This document shows, one piece after another, positions 19,998 to 29,802 of a DNA stretch of 64,000 nucleotides. The stretch lies in contig OZ242365.1 in the NCBI GenBank assembly GCA_965208905.1, positions 1,952,001-2,016,000 on the forward strand. Reading direction: 5' to 3'. Under the pieces are notes generated by a model that saw nothing but the letters and a program-made list of their open reading frames with translations, did not search any database and was not told the DNA's origin. A program made the translations under genes and the position numbers. Numbering within the stretch: the first letter of the stretch is position 1; every line of letters begins with the position of its first letter. The stretch comes from Nitrosopumilaceae archaeon (GTDB lineage Archaea > Thermoproteota > Nitrososphaeria > Nitrososphaerales > Nitrosopumilaceae).

Positions 19998-20606
19998 GTG
20001 GACAGAGAGATAGAGAGGGTATTACAGAGTCTTGATGAGACATCTCGTCTTGAGAACTCTCGCGCAGTAACCGTACCGGCAGGAGAGCTGATGTCTGCCA
20101 TAACATGGGATACTGGAGTGTTCTTTAACATATTGTTAAGAGGCATGAGGGCAAAGAACGTCTTGGAGATAGGAACATCAACTGGCTTCTCCACCATATG
20201 GCTAGCAGAGGCCATACATGATGGTAGTGTTATAACCATCGAGGCCAACTCAAAGAAGAGGAGTCGAGCCCAGGCAAACTTCAAGAAGGCAGGACTTGAA
20301 GGGCGTATAAAGATACAGTCAGGTGATGCGCAGGATGTATTAAACAGCATGTCATCGTCTGGCGAGTATAATCTCTTCTTTGACTTTGTACTGATAGATG
20401 CGGATAAAGAGAACATACCCCTCTACTTTGATATGGTACTGCCTATGATCAGGGTTGGTGGCATAATTGCCACTGACAATATGACGTACCCAAAAAAGTT
20501 TACTCACATGATGGAGAGATTCGCAAAGTCTGTGCGCCAAAACCCCAGAGTTAGAACTGTAACCATACCGATAGGAAACGGGGAAGAGTTGACCATTAAG
20601 ATATAG
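19998..20606 (+). CDS. O-methyltransferase (CCoAOMT/YrrM-like)
   Basis: VLEIGTSTGFST, FDFVLIDADK, TDN; the ORF-track start at 19932 lies inside the IS630 end, so GTG 19998 is preferred. Confidence 0.9.
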   Translation: MDREIERVLQSLDETSRLENSRAVTVPAGELMSAITWDTGVFFNILLRGMRAKNVLEIGTSTGFSTIWLAEAIHDGSVITIEANSKKRSRAQANFKKAGLEGRIKIQSGDAQDVLNSMSSSGEYNLFFDFVLIDADKENIPLYFDMVLPMIRVGGIIATDNMTYPKKFTHMMERFAKSVRQNPRVRTVTIPIGNGEELTIKI

Positions 20607-21362
20607 TCATACAAAAGATATGGAATTATATACAAAAGTACACAGCCTCGGCTGTACACTCATGCCTTTTCTGACGGCTTTTTTGTATACAGTGGAGCAT
20701 AGAAGGTGTTGGCTTGTAGCCCTCCTTATGCCCCGGCCGTCTTAGGACGACGTTCCCCGCCGCCCTATACAGAATATTCCAGGCGGCATTAACATCCGCG
20801 TGGAATACCCTGGTACAATTTGTGCAAATGAATTTGTCGCGTGATATACGCGACTCTGAATCTACGTGACCACACACATGGCACGTCTGGCTCGTATATT
20901 TGGCCGATGCCCCCAACAGCGGCATGTTGTGCATCTCACACCACTGCGCAAGCTTGCGCAGGAACTCCCCAACATGGTTCTCCCGCATTGAACGGTTCAT
21001 AGCGCGTTTGTAATTCCCACCATGTGTGGTCATATCCTTTACGGAGAGCGACTCGACCACGACTGCGTCCACGCCATTAGTTATCTGCGCAATCGTCTGA
21101 TTTATGGTGTTCGCAGCTATGTTGTTGGCCTTCCTGTATAGCCGCTTAATCTGATCATTCAATATATGCCACTTCCGGCCATGCCGTGTCTTGCGGTCGC
21201 GCAAACTCTTTAGCGCGTCAATCTCCCGCAGGATTGCTCTATGGCGGGTGTTGTGTATTGTAACGTTGCCGTCCGTATCTACCGTGACGGCGAGATGCTT
21301 GCCGCCCACATCAACGCCACGCATTACACCCGTAGTATGGTGCGACTCTACCGGTTCATGTA

Positions 21363-22472
21363 TAGTTAGGTGCATAAATAACCCGACACCAGTTTTACAC
21401 CGGTAGGATTTTGTCTAAATTTCTGAACAGAATGCTGCGCGGATCAAACTTTATTTCCAGCGACTCGTATATCCGCATGATTTTCCTCCGGAAATATCTC
21501 TTGGCAGGTCGCTTGAAAGTCCGCCGTATCCTTGCCTTGCCGTTGAGCCACAGCCATTCGGCCGGATTCAGAAATGGTGAGTACGGCGGCAGAAATATTA
21601 GTTTGATGAAATCACTATTCTTTTTCAAGTATCGCTTTACGCGGCTAGAGTTGTGATATGCAGCATTATCCAGTATTACGGCAACCTTGCCGAACCGTTT
21701 TTTCGTCTTGTTCAAATATCTGATAAAGGACCTGTCGTTGGCCTTGCTAGCGGCCATATAGCATGTCTGCCCATCTAGCGTGATGCCACCGTATATGGTC
21801 TGGCGCTGGTTGCCGAGTGGCGTTTGTACCGGTATGGCATCACCGCGTGTATAGACTGCGCCGCTGCCAAACATACTTAAATTTTGGTGGCTTTCGTCTA
21901 CCATCACGAGTGTAAAACCGTCCTTTTCAAACATTTCTGCCTCCTTTTTGGTGTCTTTCTGCCAGATTTCGAGATCTTTCCTTGGTGGAATTCGGTCGGA
22001 TATCCGGGGAGTCTTCCGTATAGTGAAGCCAAGAGACCTAAGGATACGGCGCGCTTGTGATTCGCTGTATTTTATGCCGGTCTTTTTCTCAGCCAGTTTA
22101 ACAAATCCGTAGGCGGTAAATCGCTTGACACCGTTAATTATGTTCTCTAATGTGTGGCGCGGTACGAAAGATGGACGGCCAGGCCTCGCACCATCGGCGA
22201 GGCCATCCAGGCCTTTGTGGTCGTAGGCATTAAGCCAATCATATATGGTGCTACGATCGACACCAAGCACATCCGCTGCCGCAGAGATGGTATATCCTTT
22301 AATGCGCACCATGTTTACGGCTACGATACGGGCGTGCTGTGTCGCACTCTTAGTCTGTTTTAGGGCAGCCTTTATTTTTTGGGCATTAGTTTGGTTATTC
22401 ATATAATTAGTTAGTAATTTTGATCATTTATGTATTTCTAATAGAGTGTAGGATTATTTATGCTCCCAACTA
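21363..22472 (-). mobile_element. IS630-family insertion sequence, copy 2, inserted in tnpB
   Basis: Same TIRs and identical transposase translation as copy 1; TA duplication. Confidence 0.95.
21395..22402 (-). CDS. IS630-family transposase
   Basis: Translation identical to 18867-19874. Confidence 0.95.
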   Translation of the reverse strand: MNNQTNAQKIKAALKQTKSATQHARIVAVNMVRIKGYTISAAADVLGVDRSTIYDWLNAYDHKGLDGLADGARPGRPSFVPRHTLENIINGVKRFTAYGFVKLAEKKTGIKYSESQARRILRSLGFTIRKTPRISDRIPPRKDLEIWQKDTKKEAEMFEKDGFTLVMVDESHQNLSMFGSGAVYTRGDAIPVQTPLGNQRQTIYGGITLDGQTCYMAASKANDRSFIRYLNKTKKRFGKVAVILDNAAYHNSSRVKRYLKKNSDFIKLIFLPPYSPFLNPAEWLWLNGKARIRRTFKRPAKRYFRRKIMRIYESLEIKFDPRSILFRNLDKILPV

Positions 22473-23263
22473 TATGGCAATATGCAGCTCAAACATGTGG
22501 TCTGATGGTTTGGTATGCTTGTCCACCCGTTTGGTGACATCAACTATCTTGAATGAGCGCATGTCCCATGATGTATTGATGGGCTTGGCGGTCTCCACCG
22601 TACCATATCCGGGGATATGTACTGTATGGCTATCTTTCCGTACAGGCGGTGTAACGGAACTAAGTATGATGCGGCCGTCTTTGCGGCGGTATGGCGCATG
22701 GCCGGAGTTGTCATCCATGACTCTCCTACACGCGACGGAGGCATCCTGTATGGCGCCCCTGCCAAACACCATAGGCAAGTCAGATACCCATGCATGTTCA
22801 GCGCGCCACTCCGTAAGCTACTTGAACATGCCGTACTTTAATGCCATCTTTGACGGCCCAAAATCATATGTATGGTAGTCATCGTCCAGCATACCTGATG
22901 TAAAATCCAGCTTGCCCGGCAGTTTGAAGGGCTGCAGGATGTCCACTACCACCCTCTCCATATATTCGCCACCAAACAAATACTCTGATACGGCGCGGTT
23001 GTACACATATCTTGACGCATGATTCGTGCGGTGCACCCACTCCGCGAACCGCACATCCCTCCGTAGCGGCACCTTAACTATTTGTATCATGATATATAAT
23101 ACGGTATACTGGTATTTAAGGGGAGTTGTATGGACGCGATCCGTGGTTCAGGCATTAACTCTCAGAATCGGGGTTGTGTACTTTTGTATATAATTCCCAA
23201 AAGATACTACAAAACGCAGGTGGATTAAGCTTTTAGGATGTAATTTGTACAATATGTAACATA

Positions 23264-23638
23264 ATGGTCACCCGAACAGAGTACCTTCAAAGCATGCTCG
23301 AAAAGATACAGGGATCGTACAATGTCATAAATGGGCTAAGCGACAAACCTGGTGACATCACCATCATCCGACTAGAGTTACTCCGGGCAAAGGGCATAAT
23401 GCAGGTGGTAGTCAACAAGATAAATCCACGAGATTATCCAAATGTCGATATTCCAGGCCTTGTATCACGATTGTCCATATTTTTGGATGGCTATTACTTT
23501 GAGAGGGAGTTAGATATAATGGAGCCATTATACGGCGATGATCCTGGAAGAATTCGGCATCTACGCCTAAAAATACTAGATTCAATGCGAAGTAAAGATT
23601 TAACAGTGAAGATAGAGGAGATCCTCTCGGAGCTATAG
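23264..23638 (+). CDS. conserved hypothetical protein
   Basis: 124 aa, Y.FEREL....PLYGDDP.R motif. Confidence 0.7.
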   Translation: MVTRTEYLQSMLEKIQGSYNVINGLSDKPGDITIIRLELLRAKGIMQVVVNKINPRDYPNVDIPGLVSRLSIFLDGYYFERELDIMEPLYGDDPGRIRHLRLKILDSMRSKDLTVKIEEILSEL

Positions 23639-23641
23639 ATT

Positions 23642-23749
23642 ATGAAGTGTGTCATATGTGGGTGTAAAGATCATAGACTCATCGGTTGTGCTCGACATTT
23701 TGCAAAAAAGTGTAGCTGTTATGCCGACGGGAACCATACCGACAAGTAG
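23642..23749 (+). CDS. putative Cys/His-rich microprotein (35 aa)
   Basis: MKCVICGCKDHRLIGCARHFAKKCSCYADGNHTDK, starting 3 bp after the upstream stop codon. Confidence 0.45.
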   Translation: MKCVICGCKDHRLIGCARHFAKKCSCYADGNHTDK

Positions 23750-24200
23750 GCGACATCCAATGCTTGGAGGTCTGGCCATACGTTTTTTGGTGTGGCAACA
23801 TAATATCATGCCGTCTTGAAGACATCACAGTGAAAGTGATCTATTAAGACACACCATCATACAACAGTAATTCTAGCTCGACCTCCAGCGTTTATTTACA
23901 GCATCATAAACTACAGCATATTCAGATGATTCTCTTGTGGTAATCTCTTTTTTTGTACATCTTGGTCCACTTAGAAGGGTTAGGGTCCTCAAATGAGCTA
24001 TGTTTGCCATCTAGAAATTTTTCTCTCCGTCCATACACTGTTTGTGGGACCAAGATGTGCTCACAATACATCTTGACCATACTAGGTTGAAGGTTGAGTT
24101 GTACTATATGGACTGTTCCATACGTACCATGTGATTTTTTGTTTATTATATTGTGTATTGATGTTCGGTCTTATTTTAGTACAACCTACTCTACCAACTC

Positions 24201-24335
24201 TCACAAGTCTCGCCGACCAGGTCCAGACCGTATATGAAAGTTAAAACAGCAAGGACACTCTTTGCGTATACATTCTTCGGCATCACGATGACCACAAATT
24301 CCACATTGACAACTTTGCATGGATTTACTCTTCAT
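24201..24335 (-). CDS. putative Cys-rich microprotein (44 aa)
   Basis: MKSKSMQSCQCGICGHRDAEECIRKECPCCFNFHIRSGPGRRDL; AT-rich TATA-like sequence about 25-30 bp upstream. Confidence 0.55.
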   Translation of the reverse strand: MKSKSMQSCQCGICGHRDAEECIRKECPCCFNFHIRSGPGRRDL

Positions 24336-24447
24336 TCCAGAACTTTTAATCGCTACCATATATTTAATATGCAAACAAGTGATTTAAACTTCACCTATTT
24401 AATGTGTAAATGACACTATTATAATAGCGTGGTTTTGTGCCGTATGC

Positions 24448-24759
24448 CTAACGCTTCCGTCTACGTTTACGGGTCACCTGTTTATTCATCTCAGCTTTTC
24501 GGTTATCAACGGTGGTGATTATCTCTTGAATCACGCCATCCAAATCGTTGTCAGAAGCAGGAGGCTCGATTGCGGCCGCAATATTGGATATGGTACCTGC
24601 AATATCGGAGCTGATCTGCTCAAATGCTTCAGGATCATCGTATGCCTGACTATACAGGTTTTTGAGTCTGTCAACTTGACTCAAAACTTGGCCTGTCAGC
24701 GTAAATTTGTAAAGGCTACCATTCACTTCTACTTCTTTTACTATCATAATGATATTCAT
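24448..24759 (-). CDS. conserved hypothetical protein
   Basis: 103 aa ORF with an Arg-rich tail. Confidence 0.7.
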   Translation of the reverse strand: MNIIMIVKEVEVNGSLYKFTLTGQVLSQVDRLKNLYSQAYDDPEAFEQISSDIAGTISNIAAAIEPPASDNDLDGVIQEIITTVDNRKAEMNKQVTRKRRRKR

Positions 24760-24859
24760 TTAGTGTATGCAATATAGGTTTTAAGATGATGCAGATGGCG
24801 TAACTCCTCGACTGGCCAGTATATGTCTATTTCATAGGGTTGACCCATTACGACACCAT

Positions 24860-25468
24860 CTAGAACACTATATAATCAAGCGCTACAGCATCGCTAATCA
24901 GCGATGTATGTCTACTTCCAACAACATATCCGTTCTTGATATCACTGGTTGGAACCCAGCGATTGGTAGATGTATAGTGGCGCTTCTCTGCCAACTCTCG
25001 TTCTATGGCCTCTATATCAAACTCACCTTCTTCCACCTCTTGAGTGGAGAGGTGTTTTATGGTGACTAGTATCTTTGTTATCTTTATACGGTCACCAAAC
25101 CTCCATTGTACTGGTGGGTGTTCATCAGATACATCCAAAACCTTGATCTTCATCTGTTTGTTACCCAAGGCATCCATGCTCACCAGTAATCGTTCATCCA
25201 CAAACTCCTCAAATTTGGTGCGGCGCTGTGAGGGCTCGGATTCAGAGACTGTAGACAGTATACTCTTGACACCACTACTGATATTGTCCTCTTGTATCAC
25301 TTTTGGTGACTCCTCGGTTGGCTCGTCGTACTCGGTTGGCTCTTCATCCTCTACTGGTTCAGAATCCTCGGGTATGTCATTATCATCGAGTTCAGGCTCT
25401 TCATCCTGTGGTATGTCGTCGGGCATGTTACTTTTATTATCTTCTGCATCCTTGCTGAATATACTCAA
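24860..25468 (-). CDS. conserved hypothetical protein with an acidic N-terminus
   Basis: 202 aa; WRFGDRIK, HYTSTNRWVP, RHTSLISDA. Confidence 0.75.
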   Translation of the reverse strand: MSIFSKDAEDNKSNMPDDIPQDEEPELDDNDIPEDSEPVEDEEPTEYDEPTEESPKVIQEDNISSGVKSILSTVSESEPSQRRTKFEEFVDERLLVSMDALGNKQMKIKVLDVSDEHPPVQWRFGDRIKITKILVTIKHLSTQEVEEGEFDIEAIERELAEKRHYTSTNRWVPTSDIKNGYVVGSRHTSLISDAVALDYIVF

Positions 25469-25499
25469 TAAGTATGCCTAATGCACATCTCTTAAAAAT

Positions 25500-25991
25500 T
25501 TAATTGAAAGCGTAGTCTTTGAGTGGCATATCAATCCTTACTTTGTTGGTCAGTGTATATGTGTGGCCATCATATAAGCACACACAGTCTTTGGGCTCAA
25601 CAGCAGGATCCCATATCTTGTAGTATTCATGTAAGGTACGAGATTGGTACTTGTCTGTTCCTATACGTTTCTTTGATAAAAATTTGAACGCTAATATCAC
25701 CTGCCGATTCTCGTACACTCCAAGAATATCACACCAATCCCGACATCGAGTTATTTGAGTTGCCGGTACCATGAGGCTAGTATTTGCACCAGACTTGGCC
25801 TCAATAACAAGAACAGAGCGTTGATCATTGTTTACTGCCAATACATCAGGCAATGCAACGCTAGGGGAGCCCAGTCTAAATGCACGCCATCCATCCATAC
25901 AGTTGAATCGCTTTACCAGTAAGTCTTCCCAATTGTAGCCACGTCGCCGCCGCAATCTGGCGCTCTTGACTTTTTGCTCAGAAGACATCAT
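25500..25991 (-). CDS. Holliday junction resolvase-like PD-(D/E)xK nuclease
   Basis: RGYNWE, LPDVLA, IEAKS motifs of the Hjc family. Confidence 0.8.
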   Translation of the reverse strand: MMSSEQKVKSARLRRRRGYNWEDLLVKRFNCMDGWRAFRLGSPSVALPDVLAVNNDQRSVLVIEAKSGANTSLMVPATQITRCRDWCDILGVYENRQVILAFKFLSKKRIGTDKYQSRTLHEYYKIWDPAVEPKDCVCLYDGHTYTLTNKVRIDMPLKDYAFN

Positions 25992-26088
25992 ACCATATTG
26001 TATATAGTGTTAATTTATCAATATTTGTGTAGTAATGTTGCATTTGTGATTAATATCCATACTATTGCAAGTGTTGCATGTATTATGT

Positions 26089-26406
26089 TCAGGTTTGTTC
26101 TGGGGCAAACTCAAAGAATGGAGCATTATCACGCATGCCACATCTAGACAAGTATACAGGTGAGCCTTCGGCGCATTGTGAGAGTAGCCGTCCCATGACA
26201 TCCATATCCCCCATGCGACAGACACAAAATATCACACCGTTCTGAGAAGAGTACTCCAAGAGTGTACCGTGTTTGGTAGATGGTATCAGTCGAGTCTTTA
26301 AGAAACATTTACTGCAGAGGGAAGAGTGTGGCCACATAACAGTGTCGCAGTTGTTACAGTATGCGACACAAAATTCACCCTGTTTTAGACGCTCTTCAAA
26401 ACTCAT
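26089..26406 (-). CDS. DUF35 Zn-ribbon/OB-fold thiolase partner
   Basis: CxxC..WP...CxxC; overlaps the thiolase stop codon. Confidence 0.85.
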   Translation of the reverse strand: MSFEERLKQGEFCVAYCNNCDTVMWPHSSLCSKCFLKTRLIPSTKHGTLLEYSSQNGVIFCVCRMGDMDVMGRLLSQCAEGSPVYLSRCGMRDNAPFFEFAPEQT

Positions 26407-27503
26407 CTTTGCATCACCGCCACCAGAGATGATGTACCTGCTGCGGACATTCCCTGGGTAACTCCTGTATATGCGTCTGGAACTTGGCGGTCTTTGGCCT
26501 CGCCCCGCAGTTGTCTAAATATCTCCACCATCTGTGATATTCCCGTGGCGCCCAATGGATGGCCCGAGCCCAAGATGCCACCACGGGGATTTACTTTGCG
26601 ACTCTCTGTAACGTACAGGTCATGTGCGTATGCAGCGCCCTGTCCATACTCGACCATTTGAAGTGACTCTGTTGCCATAATCTCACATATAGAGAATGCG
26701 TCGTGTACTTCCACCACATCTATCATGTCAGGTGTGATATCAGCCATTTTGTAGGCATCACGAGCAGCCCTCCCGGTAGACTCTATTCTGTCATATGTGG
26801 AATATCTTCCAAATGTTGCCGATAGTACACACTGAGAGATGCTCCGAATCCAGACTGCGTCATCTGTCACTGTACGACATGTGTCAGCATCAGATATCAG
26901 TATGGCAGATGCACCTGCGCATGCCCTAGAGCAGTCCAAAAGATGTAGATCAGCAGTTATCTCTTTGGACTGCATAATATCTCCGGGTGTGCACCTATAC
27001 CCATATAGGGCATCAGGGTTGTCTGCTGCAAGAGAGTGATTCTTTGCTGCAACTGTCGACACAGATTCATCAGATATATCATATCTGCGCTTGTAAGACT
27101 TTGTGAGTATCGAACCCCAGTATATGGGGCTTTGAAATTGTCCTCTGGACATATCCCATTTTAGTATGCCGCCGGGACTGTTTGGTAGTTCGGCGCCCAC
27201 CACTAGAATTGATCTGGCCAGGCCGGATTTTATGTGAGAGTATGCAGACATTATGGCGTTGCCTCCAGACCCGCACATACTCTCAACTGTATGAGATATG
27301 CGGGGTTGTATTCCACACATCTCAGAGAGAATGACTCCCAAATAGCGATGTGTATCATTTGTAGAGACCAAGATGCCATCAATGACTGTGCTATCCAAGT
27401 CAGTCAGAATGGTTCTGGCCGCATCAAATAATATATCGTGAATAGGACGAGATTCCATTGTAAATTTGATCTGTCCTGCTGCAGCTATTCCCACGTCAGT
27501 CAT
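26403..27503 (-). CDS. thiolase (SCP2-type acetyl-CoA acetyltransferase)
   Basis: VESMCGSG, EVHDAF, NPRGG..GSGHPLGATG. Confidence 0.92.
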   Translation of the reverse strand: MTDVGIAAAGQIKFTMESRPIHDILFDAARTILTDLDSTVIDGILVSTNDTHRYLGVILSEMCGIQPRISHTVESMCGSGGNAIMSAYSHIKSGLARSILVVGAELPNSPGGILKWDMSRGQFQSPIYWGSILTKSYKRRYDISDESVSTVAAKNHSLAADNPDALYGYRCTPGDIMQSKEITADLHLLDCSRACAGASAILISDADTCRTVTDDAVWIRSISQCVLSATFGRYSTYDRIESTGRAARDAYKMADITPDMIDVVEVHDAFSICEIMATESLQMVEYGQGAAYAHDLYVTESRKVNPRGGILGSGHPLGATGISQMVEIFRQLRGEAKDRQVPDAYTGVTQGMSAAGTSSLVAVMQR

Positions 27504-28447
27504 TGTATAGTCGCCAACAGTTTAAACGACTCACGCACATCACCCACGGGATTAAACTGCATTATGACCTCGGTTAGCCCGGCTCGTTGCGCAGACTGTA
27601 TGGTAGATTTACATTCTCTGGGAGTTCCGCATGCCGTAAGGGCATGTAGCATATCATCTGGTACAAGTTGTGCTACGCGCTTTAGGCCACTGGTTCTGTA
27701 TTCGTTGTATATGCGATCAGTGATGTCACGATATCCGTGCTGGGCCAAGAACTCTCTGTACACATCCCCCACAGATATGTAAAAGGCCAAGGTCTGCCGG
27801 GCACGCCCGTATGCAGCCTCGGCATCATCAGAGACTGCGGTAATAATCTGATAGGCAGTCTGAATGCGACGTCTCTGTTGCATTGTATTTATTGTATGGT
27901 GCAGTTCATCCAGAGGTCTCAGATAAAAGAGTACACCATCTGCAACCTCCCAGGCTAGATTTATCATCTTTTTATTTACAGCCGCCAGATATAGTGGTAT
28001 ATGTTTGCTATACTTGTAGACTAACAGCGAAAAGCCTTCAGTGTCATATATGCTGCCGGTATGATTAATCTTCTTGCCATCCAGTGCATATCGTATAATT
28101 TGTATTGATTCACGTATTCTATGCAGTGGCGTATCGTACGACTGGCCATGTAAACCTTGGACAATCTTTGGGCTACTGACCCCCAGACCCAGGACAAATC
28201 GACCTTTTGATATAACATCCATGGTTACAGCTCCCATTGCAAGCACGGCGGGGCTGCGCGAATATACATTCAGTATGGATGAGCCAATCCGTTTACAGTT
28301 ACTAGTATGTGCTATGGCAGACATCACACTAAAACACTCCATGCCCCAAGTTTCAGGTATCCAGATTGAGTCATCTCTGCTTACGTTGGATGCGCACCAC
28401 AACAAATCATCTATAGAAAGTAGAGATCCCAGTCCGTATGATGCCAT
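27500..28447 (-). CDS. LLM-class (luciferase-like, probably F420-dependent) oxidoreductase
   Basis: WIPETWG, IGSSILNVYSRSP, GRFVLGLG, A.EVADG. Confidence 0.9.
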   Translation of the reverse strand: MASYGLGSLLSIDDLLWCASNVSRDDSIWIPETWGMECFSVMSAIAHTSNCKRIGSSILNVYSRSPAVLAMGAVTMDVISKGRFVLGLGVSSPKIVQGLHGQSYDTPLHRIRESIQIIRYALDGKKINHTGSIYDTEGFSLLVYKYSKHIPLYLAAVNKKMINLAWEVADGVLFYLRPLDELHHTINTMQQRRRIQTAYQIITAVSDDAEAAYGRARQTLAFYISVGDVYREFLAQHGYRDITDRIYNEYRTSGLKRVAQLVPDDMLHALTACGTPRECKSTIQSAQRAGLTEVIMQFNPVGDVRESFKLLATIQ

Positions 28448-28495
28448 GTCATATATGACATGTACCGTTTATTCTAGTGTTGTGTTTGGATTCTG

Positions 28496-29770
28496 CTAGT
28501 GACCGGGATTATATCGCAGCATGGCGGCAACTCTGCCCAAGCTAGACAGCATGGCGCCATGTTCGCTCTTACCAGATATCACCTCAACGGTTGCACCTAT
28601 CTTACTACATACTAGTGACAGATAATCTATAATATCCTGCTCTGTGACCTGTATATCTTCGGACTTACATGAAGGACATGGGCTGGACACAAATCCATTC
28701 TTTGTGGAGATTACCTTGACTCTCTCCACCATGGCTACCTGTTCAGCGTTGCACCGCCGGCATGTAGCAACAATCCTGTGTAGGTCTATATCATCAGCTA
28801 CCAATACTGTCTGTGCCACGTTGTTTGATATGTGATTTAAAATATCCTTCATGCCATACGCGGCCAAACCTGATCGTCGATTTATGTCCCGAAATAGATT
28901 CTCGACGAACTTCTTCTCCTCCATGAGCCTAAAGTCAGATAGTACATCAGAAGATTTTGCAAACGCTTCGCGGACACCTTCTGCGCCAGAGTACGACGAA
29001 TCGATTGTGGAGAGTATCATATCCTTGAGCCTATACTCCAAATGGTTTCCCTTGATGAACTCTTCTTTGGTAGGGCCGGGACCAGACACAATTATACCCT
29101 TTACTTTGTGTATATCTAAAAACAGCTCCTGTGTAGTCTTGGCCACACGGTTAAAGTAGTATGTCAGCTCCATCTCACGAAGTTTTTGAAATCTTTTTGC
29201 CGACTGGCCGCCCTGCCTATGCTTGCCGGCCACGCCCGAACCAGTTTGGGATAGCACCTCTAGTCTATCACCGCGTAAAAGGCCCCATCCGCAGTCCTTG
29301 GCATCAATAGCTAGAAACCCTATGGCATTATCATCGCGAAGCATGTCCTTTAGTATGTCAGTATGAAAGTGATCATCGCATCGATACAGGTACTGCCTAA
29401 GGTCCTTTATTGGATCTATCTCGTATATTTCAAGAACCTCACTGCCTATAGGTGCACCCTCATCAGGAGGTAGTGCACCACAAAATACTACAAGTCCACG
29501 CTCGGGTGTCTTTTTGTATAATTTTAAGCGTTGTACCACCTTTGCCAGTGAATCTACAACATGAGTCCGAGTCAAGTCAGACTTTATGTTAGAAGCAGTA
29601 CCCTGCTCAGACTGAAGCGTGCTAATAACCTCATGCAGTTGTCTATTTTTTGGTATATAGACAGATATGAGTTCGGTACCGCGTCCGCGCTTTCTGGACA
29701 GCTCCGCGAGGAGTTTGCGTATACGATACATCTTGACCGAATCGCGTTTGTCTACTTTTATTGCGCCCAT
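28496..29770 (-). CDS. prf1: peptide chain release factor aRF1
   Basis: GRGTELISVYIP, TASNIKS, YRCD, GGQSA.RF; start taken at ATG 29770. Confidence 0.97.
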   Translation of the reverse strand: MGAIKVDKRDSVKMYRIRKLLAELSRKRGRGTELISVYIPKNRQLHEVISTLQSEQGTASNIKSDLTRTHVVDSLAKVVQRLKLYKKTPERGLVVFCGALPPDEGAPIGSEVLEIYEIDPIKDLRQYLYRCDDHFHTDILKDMLRDDNAIGFLAIDAKDCGWGLLRGDRLEVLSQTGSGVAGKHRQGGQSAKRFQKLREMELTYYFNRVAKTTQELFLDIHKVKGIIVSGPGPTKEEFIKGNHLEYRLKDMILSTIDSSYSGAEGVREAFAKSSDVLSDFRLMEEKKFVENLFRDINRRSGLAAYGMKDILNHISNNVAQTVLVADDIDLHRIVATCRRCNAEQVAMVERVKVISTKNGFVSSPCPSCKSEDIQVTEQDIIDYLSLVCSKIGATVEVISGKSEHGAMLSSLGRVAAMLRYNPGH

Positions 29771-29802
29771 GAAATACAAGTCTCAATACACTCAATATGT
29801 GG

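Larger units (their letters stand above)
20626..23090 (-). pseudogene. tnpB: RNA-guided endonuclease TnpB (about 450 aa reconstructed), split by an in-frame TAG (22818-22820) and an IS630 insertion
   Basis: N-terminal SRYVYNRA; RuvC GVDVG, VVVESL, HADVNAA; Zn finger YTSQTCHVC..CTNC; removing the IS630 and one TA rejoins the frame (ELHIAI-HEPVE). Confidence 0.9.
20622..23197 (-). mobile_element. tnpB-only element with terminal inverted repeats and target-site duplication
   Basis: Perfect 23-bp TIRs GGAATTATATACAAAAGTACACA (20622-20644 / 23175-23197); flanks CAAAAGATA(T) at 20612-20621 and CAAAAGATA(C) at 23198-23207. Confidence 0.85.

Noticed and set aside
22818-22820. Pyrrolysine/amber read-through in tnpB
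   Set aside because: No pyl genes in the window, and the gene is also IS-disrupted; a nonsense mutation is simpler
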